DNA of 51,494 nucleotides from the IMG/VR virus record IMGVR_UViG_3300045988_113183, one strand, 5' to 3'. The notes under the pieces are model-generated. The model ran no database searches. It worked only from the letters and a program-made list of their open reading frames with translations, and was not told where the DNA came from. Positions 5,041 through 14,391 of this stretch are shown here, in pieces; position 1 is the stretch's first letter; each line of letters opens with the position of its first letter. The position numbers and the translations under genes are program-made. Source of the DNA: a virus.

Positions 5041-6476
5041 TGGCCCTGAGCGACGAAGCGGTTCTGTATTATGCCGAGAACCCTGTGGACTTCACCGAAG
5101 ACATCATCCATGCCAAGCCTGATGCCAACCAGCGGGCCATTATGAACAGCGTCGCCCGGAACCAGATGACCTCTGTTCGCTCTGGACACGGTATCGGAAA
5201 GACCGCCGTGGAGAGCTGGCTCGTCATCTGGTTTTTGGCTACGAGGCCCTTTCCGAAAGTTCCCTGTACTGCCCCGACGCAGCACCAGCTTTGGGACATC
5301 TTGTGGTCTGAGATTGCAAAATGGCTGCGCTCAGACCCGTCCCTCGCCCGTGACCTGATTTGGACACGAGAAAAGGTCTACATGAGAGGCTACCCGGAAG
5401 AGTGGTTCGCTGTTGCCAGAACGGCCAGCAAGCCTGACGCTCTGCAGGGCTTCCATGCAGACCACATTCTTTACGTCATAGATGAGGCTTCTGGTGTCGA
5501 TGATAAAGTCTTCGAGCCTATCTTGGGCGCTATGTCCACCAAGGGCGCACGGCTCTTGATGTGCGGGAACCCGACCCGCATTACTGGATTTTTCTACGAC
5601 AGCCATCATAAGAGCCGCCCTTTGTACAACGCTATGCACGTTGACGGTCGAGACAGCTCCAGAGTTGACCAAGAGTTCATTGACCGCATCATTGATATGT
5701 TCGGGGAGGATTCCGACGTATTCCGGGTGCGTGTTGCCGGCGAGTTCCCGAAAGCTCTGCCTGACAGCTTCATCCCCATGGAGTGGGCAGAGAGGGCCAG
5801 CGAGGGAGAAGCACCTAAAATCGACCGTGTTCTGAGAGTGGACATCGGCACCGACGTGGCCCGGTATGGTGACGACAGCAGCGTGGTCTGTACTGTGCTT
5901 GACAAGCGCAGCCAGATGGAGCCTGAAGTTTACCACCATAACGACACTATGACGCTGTCCGGCAGGATGGTACAGACCATCAAGAGGTGCGCTGCTGCTC
6001 ATCCTTGGGCCTTTATCCGTGTCAAAATCGACTGCGATGGCTTGGGCGTGGGCGTGTTTGACCGTCTGACTGAGCTGAAACAAGAGATCGTGGACGAGGT
6101 AAATGCCCAGCGCGAAGAGCTGTACCGGGATGCCGAGGACGTGCCGCCTCCCCTTGACCTTGAAATCGTGGAGTGCCACTTCGGTGGAGAGGGTGGCAAG
6201 GTCGATGAGAAAGACCCCATCAACTACGCCAATTCCACTGGCCTTATGTGGGGCGCAATCCGGGAGGCCCTGAAAGCTCAGCGCCTCCACCTCTGGTATG
6301 ATGATAAACAAATCAGCCAGATCTCTAACCGTAAGTACAGCGTGAACAGCGCTGGCGAAATCGTCCTTGAGCGCAAGGAAGAAATGAAAAAGCGGGGCCT
6401 GTCCTCGCCTGATATGGCCGACGCTCTGGGCCTTGCCCTGCACGACCCGCTCGTGAGCGACTGGAGCCTTGACTGA
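5037..6476 (+). CDS. terL: Terminase large subunit
   Basis: Walker A-like SGHGIGKT, Walker B YVIDEASGV, and a C-terminal nuclease region. Confidence 0.9.
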   Translation: MMALSDEAVLYYAENPVDFTEDIIHAKPDANQRAIMNSVARNQMTSVRSGHGIGKTAVESWLVIWFLATRPFPKVPCTAPTQHQLWDILWSEIAKWLRSDPSLARDLIWTREKVYMRGYPEEWFAVARTASKPDALQGFHADHILYVIDEASGVDDKVFEPILGAMSTKGARLLMCGNPTRITGFFYDSHHKSRPLYNAMHVDGRDSSRVDQEFIDRIIDMFGEDSDVFRVRVAGEFPKALPDSFIPMEWAERASEGEAPKIDRVLRVDIGTDVARYGDDSSVVCTVLDKRSQMEPEVYHHNDTMTLSGRMVQTIKRCAAAHPWAFIRVKIDCDGLGVGVFDRLTELKQEIVDEVNAQREELYRDAEDVPPPLDLEIVECHFGGEGGKVDEKDPINYANSTGLMWGAIREALKAQRLHLWYDDKQISQISNRKYSVNSAGEIVLERKEEMKKRGLSSPDMADALGLALHDPLVSDWSLD

Positions 6477-6489
6477 GGAGGGACAAATC

Positions 6490-6666
6490 GTGACGAACAC
6501 AAACACCTATCTCGTGTCGGCTGACGGCTGGCCGACCAAGTACATTCGCACCGCTACTACTGCTGCTGAGGCCCGGAAGGTCTATAAAGACAAGACCGGC
6601 TGCCCCTTGACCCCCAAGGTCGAGCAGGTATGCGGTAAGAAGCCGAAAAGCAAGGGGGGCGAGTAA
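6490..6666 (+). CDS. Hypothetical small protein
   Basis: GTG after a GAGGAGGG RBS, between terL and the portal gene. Confidence 0.5.
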   Translation: MTNTNTYLVSADGWPTKYIRTATTAAEARKVYKDKTGCPLTPKVEQVCGKKPKSKGGE

Positions 6667-6668
6667 GA

Positions 6669-8897
6669 ATGCCCCTCTTTTGGAGACGGCACGGAGAACA
6701 GGCCTCTTCCGCGTATATGAATGGCAGCGCTATGCTGCCCCGGTACACGAACCCGCCTGAGCGCAATACCGAAGATTGGATTAAGGCGTATACCACCAAT
6801 CCCCGGATGGCTGTCGTGTCCCGTATCGCGTCTGACCTGTCCTTTGCTGAGGGAAAGCTCTACCGGGTGGATAAAAACGGCGAGGAGCAAGAGCTGACGG
6901 CTCACCCTTTTCTCAATTTTTGGGAGAATCCGAACCCGTTGCACGAGTACACCAACGCTGCCCTGTGGAACCTCTTCGAGATTTACCTGAAGCTCAAGGG
7001 CGAGGGATATTTCGTCATTGAGAAGAACGCTCTCGGTGTCCCTGTTGAGTTGTGGCCTGTCCCTACTCACTGGGTACAGATGACCCCGTACATCGACCAT
7101 CCGTTCTATACCATCCGAACGACCGGCGGCCTCATTCTGGAGGTTTCTGTCGATGATATGTTCGTGATGAAAGACCTGAACCCGCTCGACCCATTCCGAC
7201 GTGGCATGGGCCAGGCAGAGCCTCTGGCTGACGAGATCGAAACAGATGAGTATGCGGCGAAGTTCCAGAAGCGGTTCTTCTTCAACGATGCCACCCCTAA
7301 CATCATCATCGGGATGCCTAAAAGCTCCGATGAGCAGCGCAAGCGGTTCCGGGCTGAGTGGATGGAGAAGTTCAGGGGCGTTTTCAACAGCCACGGCGTA
7401 GCGACTGTGAACGGCGAGGTCACCATCAACAAGGTCGGTGACAGCATGAAGGACATGGACATGGTGAATGGCCGCACCTTCCTGCGTGACGCTGTGCTGG
7501 AGCATTTTGGCGTTCCTCGTGAAATTATGGGCATTACTGAGAGCAGCAACCGGGCAACCTCGGAAGCTGCTCAGTTTATCTACGCTCAGAACGTCTTGAT
7601 GCCCAACCTGAAGCGCCGAGAACAGGCTATCAACCGCCAGCTCATCCCTCTGTTTGGAAACGACATCATCTGGCACTACGAAGATATCATCCCCCGAAAT
7701 CAGGAGTTCGACAAATCCGTGGGCACTGACGGCTGGAACGCTGGCCTGCTGACACGGAACGAAGCTCGTGAAAAACTGGGGATGCCGCCTGTCAAGAACG
7801 GCGATGTCTACAAGACACAGTTCTCTGACATCTACGTTGGAGAGGATGACGACCCCGTTGCTGTCAGTGCTGCCGCTGCTAACCTCCAGTTCGAGGATGA
7901 GGCAGACCCGCTGGAAACGGGCTCAGGCGATGATATTGAAGTCACTGATAAAGGAACACTCCCGGAGGACGAAAACGACGCTGAGAGTGCCGCAGATTCG
8001 TCTGGCGGCTTTGAAATCGTGGTTTCTAAATCTCTGAGCGGCCATGAGCGAAAGAGCGCCCAGCTTCAGGCGGCCCAACGAGCTATTGCTCAGGCTGAAC
8101 GGGAGCAGGGCCAGAAGTTCGAGATTGCTGCCATGAAATACTTCCGGCAGCAGGGCCGCCTTATCGAGAATGCCATGAACGGCACCGAAAAGGCAGAACG
8201 CAGCGCATGGGATATCCTCATGGCCGGTATTCCCGGATATGATGGACTTGCAGGAGATGAGAGCCAGAGCGCCAATGCTTCCGCATGGAATGCCCTCAGT
8301 GACGAGAACCGCACCGCCCTGCTGTCTGGATTCACCACCGGCCTTATCGACTGGCGCAGCGAGGAAACTGCCCTGCTGAACATCTTCGAGCCGCTATGGA
8401 AAGAAAGCTATAACAAGGGAGCTGGCGTGTCTGCCAAGCTCTATGGGCTGGAAAGCCTCAAGCGCCCTGAGCTGATTTCCACGGCCAAGCTCCGTGGCGG
8501 CGCTCGTGTCGTTGGTATTACGCAGACCACCAAAGATGCCATTTCCCGTATCGTCTCTGCTGCTCTGGAGCACGGAGATGGAAGGGAGAGCATCGCCAAG
8601 CAGATTCAGCAGGAGATGCAGACATCCACAACCCGCGCCCGCACCATTGCAAGCCAAGAGTGCAACACCAGCCTCCTCTCCGGCCAGTATGATATGATGC
8701 GTACCGCGGGAGCTGGCTACAAGACGTGGCACGTCACCAACCCTGCTGTTGCCCGGCCCTCGCATAAGGCCCTGAATGGACAGACCGTCCCCATCGATGC
8801 GAAGTTCGCCAATGGCTTGATGCAGCCTTGCGACCCCAACTGCGACGATGCTTCTGAGGTCGTAAATTGCCACTGTTTCCTGACGTTCAGTAAGTAG
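6669..8897 (+). CDS. Portal protein fused to a C-terminal Mu-F/SPP1 gp7-like minor head protein domain
   Basis: N-terminal ~450 aa are portal-like. An acidic linker follows. The C-terminus (TRARTIASQE ... WHVTNPAVARPSHKALNGQ ... VVNCHCFL) matches the Mu F head-morphogenesis motif pattern. Confidence 0.75.
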   Translation: MPLFWRRHGEQASSAYMNGSAMLPRYTNPPERNTEDWIKAYTTNPRMAVVSRIASDLSFAEGKLYRVDKNGEEQELTAHPFLNFWENPNPLHEYTNAALWNLFEIYLKLKGEGYFVIEKNALGVPVELWPVPTHWVQMTPYIDHPFYTIRTTGGLILEVSVDDMFVMKDLNPLDPFRRGMGQAEPLADEIETDEYAAKFQKRFFFNDATPNIIIGMPKSSDEQRKRFRAEWMEKFRGVFNSHGVATVNGEVTINKVGDSMKDMDMVNGRTFLRDAVLEHFGVPREIMGITESSNRATSEAAQFIYAQNVLMPNLKRREQAINRQLIPLFGNDIIWHYEDIIPRNQEFDKSVGTDGWNAGLLTRNEAREKLGMPPVKNGDVYKTQFSDIYVGEDDDPVAVSAAAANLQFEDEADPLETGSGDDIEVTDKGTLPEDENDAESAADSSGGFEIVVSKSLSGHERKSAQLQAAQRAIAQAEREQGQKFEIAAMKYFRQQGRLIENAMNGTEKAERSAWDILMAGIPGYDGLAGDESQSANASAWNALSDENRTALLSGFTTGLIDWRSEETALLNIFEPLWKESYNKGAGVSAKLYGLESLKRPELISTAKLRGGARVVGITQTTKDAISRIVSAALEHGDGRESIAKQIQQEMQTSTTRARTIASQECNTSLLSGQYDMMRTAGAGYKTWHVTNPAVARPSHKALNGQTVPIDAKFANGLMQPCDPNCDDASEVVNCHCFLTFSK

Positions 8898-8908
8898 GAG
8901 GCTCACCA

Positions 8909-9916
8909 ATGAGATACACCAAAGAACAGGCAGCCGCAGCCGCTCAGGCTGCTGGTATTGACCTTGAGATGGAGCGGTTCGATGCCAAAGCTCTGGCAGA
9001 TGCCATGACCGCCGAATCGGAATATTGGGCCGAAAGCTCTGATACCGATATCGCCAAAAATGACACATCCCTGACGGCGAAACTTGCGGTAGCCCACCTT
9101 CGCAAGTCGCCGTTTTATTTTGCCCCTGACCGGGGCCTGAAGGCGTGGGAGAATTCCATCAGGAAGGGGGTGAAACAGAAAAGCGTGAAAACCGAGCATA
9201 AAACCATCCGTTTCAAAGCGGACGACTTTGACGAGGAGCAGGGCATTTTCAGCGGCTATGGAGCCGTGTTCGGAAATGTTGATTCTGGCGGTGATATTAT
9301 CGAACCCGGAGCCTTCACGAAGACAATCGCCGAAGGCTGGGAGCGGGTCAAGATTCTGGCCCTGCATAACGATAGCTGGCTCCCCATCGGTAAACCGATT
9401 GAGTTGAGAGAGGACAGTAACGGCCTCTATATCAAAGCCAAAGTCTCCGACACCTCGATGGGACGTGACATCAAGGTGCTGCTGAAGGATGGCGTTCTGA
9501 ACGAGCTTTCCATTGGATACGACCCCGTGTCTTTCGACTACGACAAAGATACCGGCATCCGGCATCTGCGGGAGATCAAACTGTGGGAGGTGTCCGTCGT
9601 GACGTGGGCCATGAACCCCGAAGCGACCATCTCCGACTACAAATCTGCCAGAGACGTTGCCGACAGTGTGGGGGCTATTGTCCGGGAAGCTGCTGCCGAG
9701 GTCAAAGCTGGACGCAAAATCAGCGCCAGCCGCCTGAAGTCTCTGAAAGAGGCCAGCGCCTCCATGAAGACAGCGACCAAGGCTCTGGACACCATCATCA
9801 AGGAAGCTACGGACGGCAGCAACCAGCCCGCCGGGAAAGCTGCCAAACACGCACCGAAACCGAGGGCCACAAAGTCCACGCACGACGTTGGCCCGCTTAT
9901 CGAAATTGTTCTGTAA
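8909..9916 (+). CDS. Prohead serine protease (HK97 family) with N-terminal extension
   Basis: FSGYGAVFGNVDSGGDIIEPGAF ... LHNDSWLPIGK ... ELSIGY motifs. Lies between the portal and capsid genes. Confidence 0.85.
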   Translation: MRYTKEQAAAAAQAAGIDLEMERFDAKALADAMTAESEYWAESSDTDIAKNDTSLTAKLAVAHLRKSPFYFAPDRGLKAWENSIRKGVKQKSVKTEHKTIRFKADDFDEEQGIFSGYGAVFGNVDSGGDIIEPGAFTKTIAEGWERVKILALHNDSWLPIGKPIELREDSNGLYIKAKVSDTSMGRDIKVLLKDGVLNELSIGYDPVSFDYDKDTGIRHLREIKLWEVSVVTWAMNPEATISDYKSARDVADSVGAIVREAAAEVKAGRKISASRLKSLKEASASMKTATKALDTIIKEATDGSNQPAGKAAKHAPKPRATKSTHDVGPLIEIVL

Positions 9917-9933
9917 TAGGAGGAATTTACCCC

Positions 9934-11511
9934 ATGAGACTGAAGAACAAAAAGTATAGCTCCCAGAAGAAGTCCGTCAAGATGACCAAGGACGACCTGA
10001 CCGAAACCATCAAGGCAGCCGTCAAGGAGGCCCTGTGCGATGATGAGGACAAGGACGATGGCGACGATGACGGCGAGGACAAGGATGACGATGATTCCGG
10101 CTCCGCTTCCGACATCTCTGACCTGATTGAACAGGCCATGGACGTTGTTGCCGAGAAGCGCAAGGCCCGTAAGGATGACGGCGAGGAGCTGGGCGATATC
10201 ACCACCGATGAGATTCTGGAGGCCATCGATGAGATTGCCGACACTGCCACCGGCGATGATGATGAGAGCAAGGATGACGACACCTCTGATTCCGAGGACA
10301 AGGACGATGAGGAGCAGGATGAGGCCAAGCGTAAGAGCCGCAAGTCCTTCTCCCGTGCCCGTCAGACCAAGAGCCGCTCTTCCATCTCTCCTGTCCAGCG
10401 CAAGTACAGTGCCCTGTATATGAGCAACTCCGCTGGCTCTGCTGGCGGCTCCAAGAAGTCTGTCCCCCCTGCCATTCAGCTGGCCCGTGCTGTCAAGTGT
10501 CTGGATGTTTTCGGCAACCGTGACCCCGAGCACGCTGCATACTGGGCGAAGAAGAAATACGGCGATGAGGATATGGCCCGCCAGTTCAAGGCCCTGTCCG
10601 CTACCAACCCCGAGACCGGCGGCTATCTGATTCCTGAGGTCTACCTCGACCAGATCGTTGAGCTGCTGTACTCCAAGACCGTCATCTTCGAGCTGGGTGC
10701 TCAGAAGGTTCCCATGCCCACCGGCAACCTGAACATTCCCAAGATGACCTCCGGCGCTCGTGCTACTTGGGGCGGTGAAGCTCGCAAGATTGCCACCTCT
10801 CAGCCTACCTTCGGCAGCATCAAGCTGTCTGCAAAGCGTCTGGAGGCTATTGTTCCCCAGACCCGTGAACTGCTGATGAGCTCCAGCTACTCCGCGGACC
10901 AGATGTTCGCCAACGACCTGACCCGCCGCATGGAGCTGGGCATTGACTTCGGCGGTATGTTTGGCTCTGGCAACGAGTTCCAGCCCCTCGGCGTGTTCCG
11001 CGATAAGGACATCGCTCATCTGGATGCCAAGGTGCTGAACAACCCCGACCTGGCAGATGCCAACGGCAAGATCACTGCCGACTTCCCCGTGTTCCTGCGT
11101 TCTGAGCTGATGAGCAAGAACGTTGATGACGCAGCTGCAGGCTGGGCCATGAACTCTATGCTCGAAGGCTATTTCATGAACATGAAAACCACCACCGGCG
11201 AGTACCTGTACCGTGATGAGATGTACACCGGCAAGCTGCTGGGCTTCAACTACAAGGTCAGCAACCAGATTCCCACCGACAAGAACGGCCTGACTGAGCT
11301 GTGCTTCGGTAACTGGAGCGACCTGCTGGTTGGCGAGCAGCTGGGTCTGGAGACCTACACTACCCTCGACGGTGTCTGGACTGACGATAATGGTGTGCAG
11401 CACAGCGCATTCGACGAGAACCTCGCCGCTACCCGTGCCCTGATGTACGTCGATATCGCAGCTCGCCACAAAGAGAGCTTCATCCATGTTAAGAACATCA
11501 AGGTGAAGTGA
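9934..11511 (+). CDS. Major capsid protein (HK97 fold) with ~170-aa acidic N-terminal scaffold-like region
   Basis: AGGAGG RBS upstream of ATG 9934. D/E-rich low-complexity region. Then GGYLIPEVYLDQIVELLY ... capsid-family sequence. Confidence 0.85.
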   Translation: MRLKNKKYSSQKKSVKMTKDDLTETIKAAVKEALCDDEDKDDGDDDGEDKDDDDSGSASDISDLIEQAMDVVAEKRKARKDDGEELGDITTDEILEAIDEIADTATGDDDESKDDDTSDSEDKDDEEQDEAKRKSRKSFSRARQTKSRSSISPVQRKYSALYMSNSAGSAGGSKKSVPPAIQLARAVKCLDVFGNRDPEHAAYWAKKKYGDEDMARQFKALSATNPETGGYLIPEVYLDQIVELLYSKTVIFELGAQKVPMPTGNLNIPKMTSGARATWGGEARKIATSQPTFGSIKLSAKRLEAIVPQTRELLMSSSYSADQMFANDLTRRMELGIDFGGMFGSGNEFQPLGVFRDKDIAHLDAKVLNNPDLADANGKITADFPVFLRSELMSKNVDDAAAGWAMNSMLEGYFMNMKTTTGEYLYRDEMYTGKLLGFNYKVSNQIPTDKNGLTELCFGNWSDLLVGEQLGLETYTTLDGVWTDDNGVQHSAFDENLAATRALMYVDIAARHKESFIHVKNIKVK

Positions 11512-11562
11512 GCGTAACCCACTCACCTTTTACCCTGTTTCACAGAATCAAGGAGGAAAACT

Positions 11563-11979
11563 ATGAAGCGTGAACTCATCGAAAATGTGCGTGTCACTCC
11601 CTATACCAGTGGCACTGCATTTGACCGTGAAGGCTTCCTGTCCGGCGTTCTCGGCATTCTGGTCGGCACTCCCACCGGCACTCCCACTGCCATGAAGGCC
11701 AAGGTTGTGCTGACTGAGTGCGACACCGAGGGCGGCACCTATACCGTGTGCAGCGACAAGCTTATCCCCATTGGCAAGGGCCAGCTGGATTCTGCCGGCA
11801 CCGTGGCTGTCGATGTTGATGCTGCTGGCGGCTCCCTCGTCAACTTCGACCTTGACCTGCTGGGCTGCAAGAAGTACGTCAAGGCTACTATCTCCATCGA
11901 ATGCACCGGAGGCACTTCTGCTGCTTGCACCGCCACCGCGGCGCTGGCGCTGGGCGACGCTGCTGAGATGCCCGTTTAA
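11563..11979 (+). CDS. Hypothetical head protein (possible decoration protein)
   Basis: AAGGAGG RBS. Lies directly after the capsid gene. Confidence 0.6.
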   Translation: MKRELIENVRVTPYTSGTAFDREGFLSGVLGILVGTPTGTPTAMKAKVVLTECDTEGGTYTVCSDKLIPIGKGQLDSAGTVAVDVDAAGGSLVNFDLDLLGCKKYVKATISIECTGGTSAACTATAALALGDAAEMPV

Positions 11980-12014
11980 GCGGCAGAAAGGACACACAAG
12001 GAGGTGCTGACATT

Positions 12015-12131
12015 ATGGCAAGGGTCTATAACCCCGACCGTCCGAAGCCCGCCCAGAACAAGCGTGAGGCTGGGCCGAAAGAAAAGAAGGGCGCAGGTAG
12101 CGCCAAGAAGAAAGAGAGCGCAAGTGCATAA
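12015..12131 (+). CDS. 38-aa lysine-rich basic peptide
   Basis: Strong AAGGAGGTG RBS 8 nt upstream. MARVYNPDRPKPAQNKREAGPKEKKGAGSAKKKESASA. Confidence 0.5.
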   Translation: MARVYNPDRPKPAQNKREAGPKEKKGAGSAKKKESASA

Positions 12132-12148
12132 CCTGCGCTTTTTCTGTT
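12117..12148 (+). terminator. Hairpin plus T-run after the head module
   Basis: AGCGCA/TGCGCT stem followed by TTTTTCTGTTT. Confidence 0.4.
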
Positions 12149-12166
12149 TGGAGGGAGGCTGTACCA

Positions 12167-12820
12167 ATGGCAAACGAACCGACTGAGAAGCTGGCCCCGA
12201 ATGCCATGACCACGTTGGAGGACACTCTGGAGCGGCTCGGAATCCCGGATGATGCTGCTGACACCACCGTCAAGAACAATGTCATCCGGCTCATCAATTC
12301 CGCCTCTGCGTGGATTGAGACCGTCACCGGGCGCAGGTTTGGCAAAGCTGTGTATACTGACCGCTATGCCGGTTCTGGTACACAGGAGCTTTTCCTGCGG
12401 CAGTATCCCATCCGAAGTGTGGAGTATGTCAAAGACACCTACACCGGCGCTGTAATTCCCCCGTCTGAGTATGACTACACGATGACTGGGAACATCGGCG
12501 TTCTGTACATGGACACCGGCTGGCCTTTCCGAGGCTATGTCGGTGGCCTTGCCGGTGACTACTATGCCGCACAGAGATATCTGGAGGTCAAGTTCACTGC
12601 TGGTTATGTCCTGCCGAAAGACGGGACCGACGAGGAGCCGTCCGACCTCCCTGCTGATATCATTGCTATTGTGTGGGGCATTGCAGAGCAGGAGTTCGCC
12701 ATCATCCGAAACGGCGCACAGGGCCTGTCTGCATTCTCTATTTCGGACGTTTCGTGGACGTTCGATAAAGAGCCTCGTTCTTCGTGGCTCGATACTCTGT
12801 CCCACTATATGAGCTGGTAA
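12167..12820 (+). CDS. Head-tail connector/adaptor (gp6-like)
   Basis: The N-terminal sequence (LEDTLERLGIPDD ... NNVIRLINSASAWIETVTGRRF) resembles the head-tail connector family. Position fits. Confidence 0.6.
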   Translation: MANEPTEKLAPNAMTTLEDTLERLGIPDDAADTTVKNNVIRLINSASAWIETVTGRRFGKAVYTDRYAGSGTQELFLRQYPIRSVEYVKDTYTGAVIPPSEYDYTMTGNIGVLYMDTGWPFRGYVGGLAGDYYAAQRYLEVKFTAGYVLPKDGTDEEPSDLPADIIAIVWGIAEQEFAIIRNGAQGLSAFSISDVSWTFDKEPRSSWLDTLSHYMSW

Positions 12821-12824
12821 CGCT

Positions 12825-13475
12825 GTGAGCGAAAGAGCTGATACCATCCAGCACCTCAAACAGGTGCGGAAGGAGCTGGCTGACCTGAACCGCCTCCGAA
12901 TCAAGGTTGGCATTCAGGGTGACGCTGACAGCGAGATTTTAACCATTGCCCGTGTCCACGAGTACGGGGCAACCATTACAGCCAAACATGCCAAGAACCT
13001 CTGTATCCCCATCAGCAAGAAAAGCCGCGGCAAAAGCCCCCGGGATTTCCCGGATCTCTTTTTCATTCGGTCTCATGCTGGGTATCTTTTCGGCGTGGTA
13101 GACAAGGGCCTGAAGCGGCGGCGTAAGAACGAAGAGGACAACCTCGACTTCCTGTTCCTGCTGCTGCCCTCCGTCACCATCCCTGAGCGTAGCTTTATTC
13201 GGGCCGGATTCGACCACAACAAGGACGCTCTGGCGCTGCTTGTCCGGCAGCAGATGTATGAGATATACCAAGGCCGGCAGACGGCCAGAGGGGCCGCAGA
13301 GTGGATAGGCGGACAGGCTGTTGGCCTGATTCAGCAGTATATCAACGATGCCAGTCACTTCACCCCGAAAGGGAAAATCCAGCGGGAAGCTGCCCCGTCG
13401 TGGGCGGACAGCCCGCTGGTTGTGACCGGCAGACTTCGCAATTCTATCACGTTCAAAATCGAGGAGGAAAACTGA
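12825..13475 (+). CDS. HK97 gp10-like head-tail joining protein
   Basis: C-terminal VTGRLRNSITFKIEE motif. Position fits. Confidence 0.55.
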   Translation: MSERADTIQHLKQVRKELADLNRLRIKVGIQGDADSEILTIARVHEYGATITAKHAKNLCIPISKKSRGKSPRDFPDLFFIRSHAGYLFGVVDKGLKRRRKNEEDNLDFLFLLLPSVTIPERSFIRAGFDHNKDALALLVRQQMYEIYQGRQTARGAAEWIGGQAVGLIQQYINDASHFTPKGKIQREAAPSWADSPLVVTGRLRNSITFKIEEEN

Positions 13476-13849
13476 TGGCCGGTTCTTTCAAAATGGCACA
13501 GCCGATGATTCCGCCCGGCATGATGCACATCATGTACGAGGTCGTGGCATCTGGCTCCTACGACCAGAGCAAAGGCGGACAGTGGGCCTCGAATCCTGCC
13601 GAGCGTGTGCCCTTTGATGGCGTAGTGCTTCCCGTGAGCGATAAAGACCTTGCCCGTGAAATCACCGGCACGGTCGCAAACGTCAGCGAGAAAATCTATA
13701 CCAACGGCCATGCGCTCAAGGTTGGCGCGAGGGTGTATGACCCTGAAAGCTCCACCACCTATACCGTGACACAAGAGCTGGGGCACAATAGCCTCCATCC
13801 CCTGAAACGGTATCTGGTAGAGGCGAGAGGGGGTGCAGCTCCGAGATGA
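13475..13849 (+). CDS. Neck/head-closure protein (hypothetical)
   Basis: ATG overlaps the upstream stop (ATGA). Lies in the structural operon. Confidence 0.55.
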   Translation: MAGSFKMAQPMIPPGMMHIMYEVVASGSYDQSKGGQWASNPAERVPFDGVVLPVSDKDLAREITGTVANVSEKIYTNGHALKVGARVYDPESSTTYTVTQELGHNSLHPLKRYLVEARGGAAPR

Positions 13850-14391
13850 CCTTCGTAGAGAAGCGGAACAAGCTTATTTATGCCCTCAGCCAAGCTGTTG
13901 GGCGGCCTGTCCTGCTTGAATCGCAGGTTCAGCCGGAAGCTGAGTATCCGTTCATCGTTTACTCCGTCATGGATGACTACCAGAGTACAAGCTGGAGTGG
14001 GAACATCTCTCTCGCCGCCGATGGAGAGGATACCGTGTCGATTCGGGAAGAGCAGCCGACCGCCACGTTTTCTTTTACTGCTTGCAGCATGAACCGTGAA
14101 ATCACAACCGAAGCCGGTGACCTCGTGATGGTCTACGGTGCAGACGAAGCCTCTGAGCTGGCCGCGCTGGCCCAGAGCTTCTTTCTGCATGGTGGACGGT
14201 ATGCCATTGAGGCTGCCGGTTTTGTCGTTGTGGAGGTCACGAACTCGAACAGCCGAGATGCTCTTGAGCTGGACGAGATGGGCCGCCGGTACGGTTTCGA
14301 TGTGAGGCTGAGATACACTCGCACCGACCGTTACGCAGTTGGCTCTATTGCTGTTCCCCCGAACATCATCGACAAATCGAAGAAGGAGTGA
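13846..14391 (+). CDS. Tail completion/terminator-like protein (hypothetical)
   Basis: Overlapping start/stop. Lies immediately upstream of the sheath gene. Confidence 0.5.
   Translation: MTFVEKRNKLIYALSQAVGRPVLLESQVQPEAEYPFIVYSVMDDYQSTSWSGNISLAADGEDTVSIREEQPTATFSFTACSMNREITTEAGDLVMVYGADEASELAALAQSFFLHGGRYAIEAAGFVVVEVTNSNSRDALELDEMGRRYGFDVRLRYTRTDRYAVGSIAVPPNIIDKSKKE

Noticed and set aside
9583-9933. N-terminal extension of the capsid ORF in the provided track (start at 9583), overlapping the protease gene.
   Set aside because: The extension is out-of-frame read-through of the protease 3' end and looks Arg/Gln/Pro-rich. ATG 9934 has a perfect AGGAGG RBS and follows the protease stop.
9637-11526. 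Very long antisense ORFs. Examples are 629 aa on the - strand opposite the capsid gene, 849 aa at 46381-48930, 391 aa at 5331-6506, 364 aa at 6582-7676, 385 aa at 14331-15488 and 453 aa at 23673-25034.
   Set aside because: Each lies exactly opposite a well-supported + strand gene. Their translations are Gly/Arg/Val/Leu/His-rich with no motifs. Stop-poor antisense frames are expected for GC-rich, codon-biased genes. I treated them as shadow ORFs.
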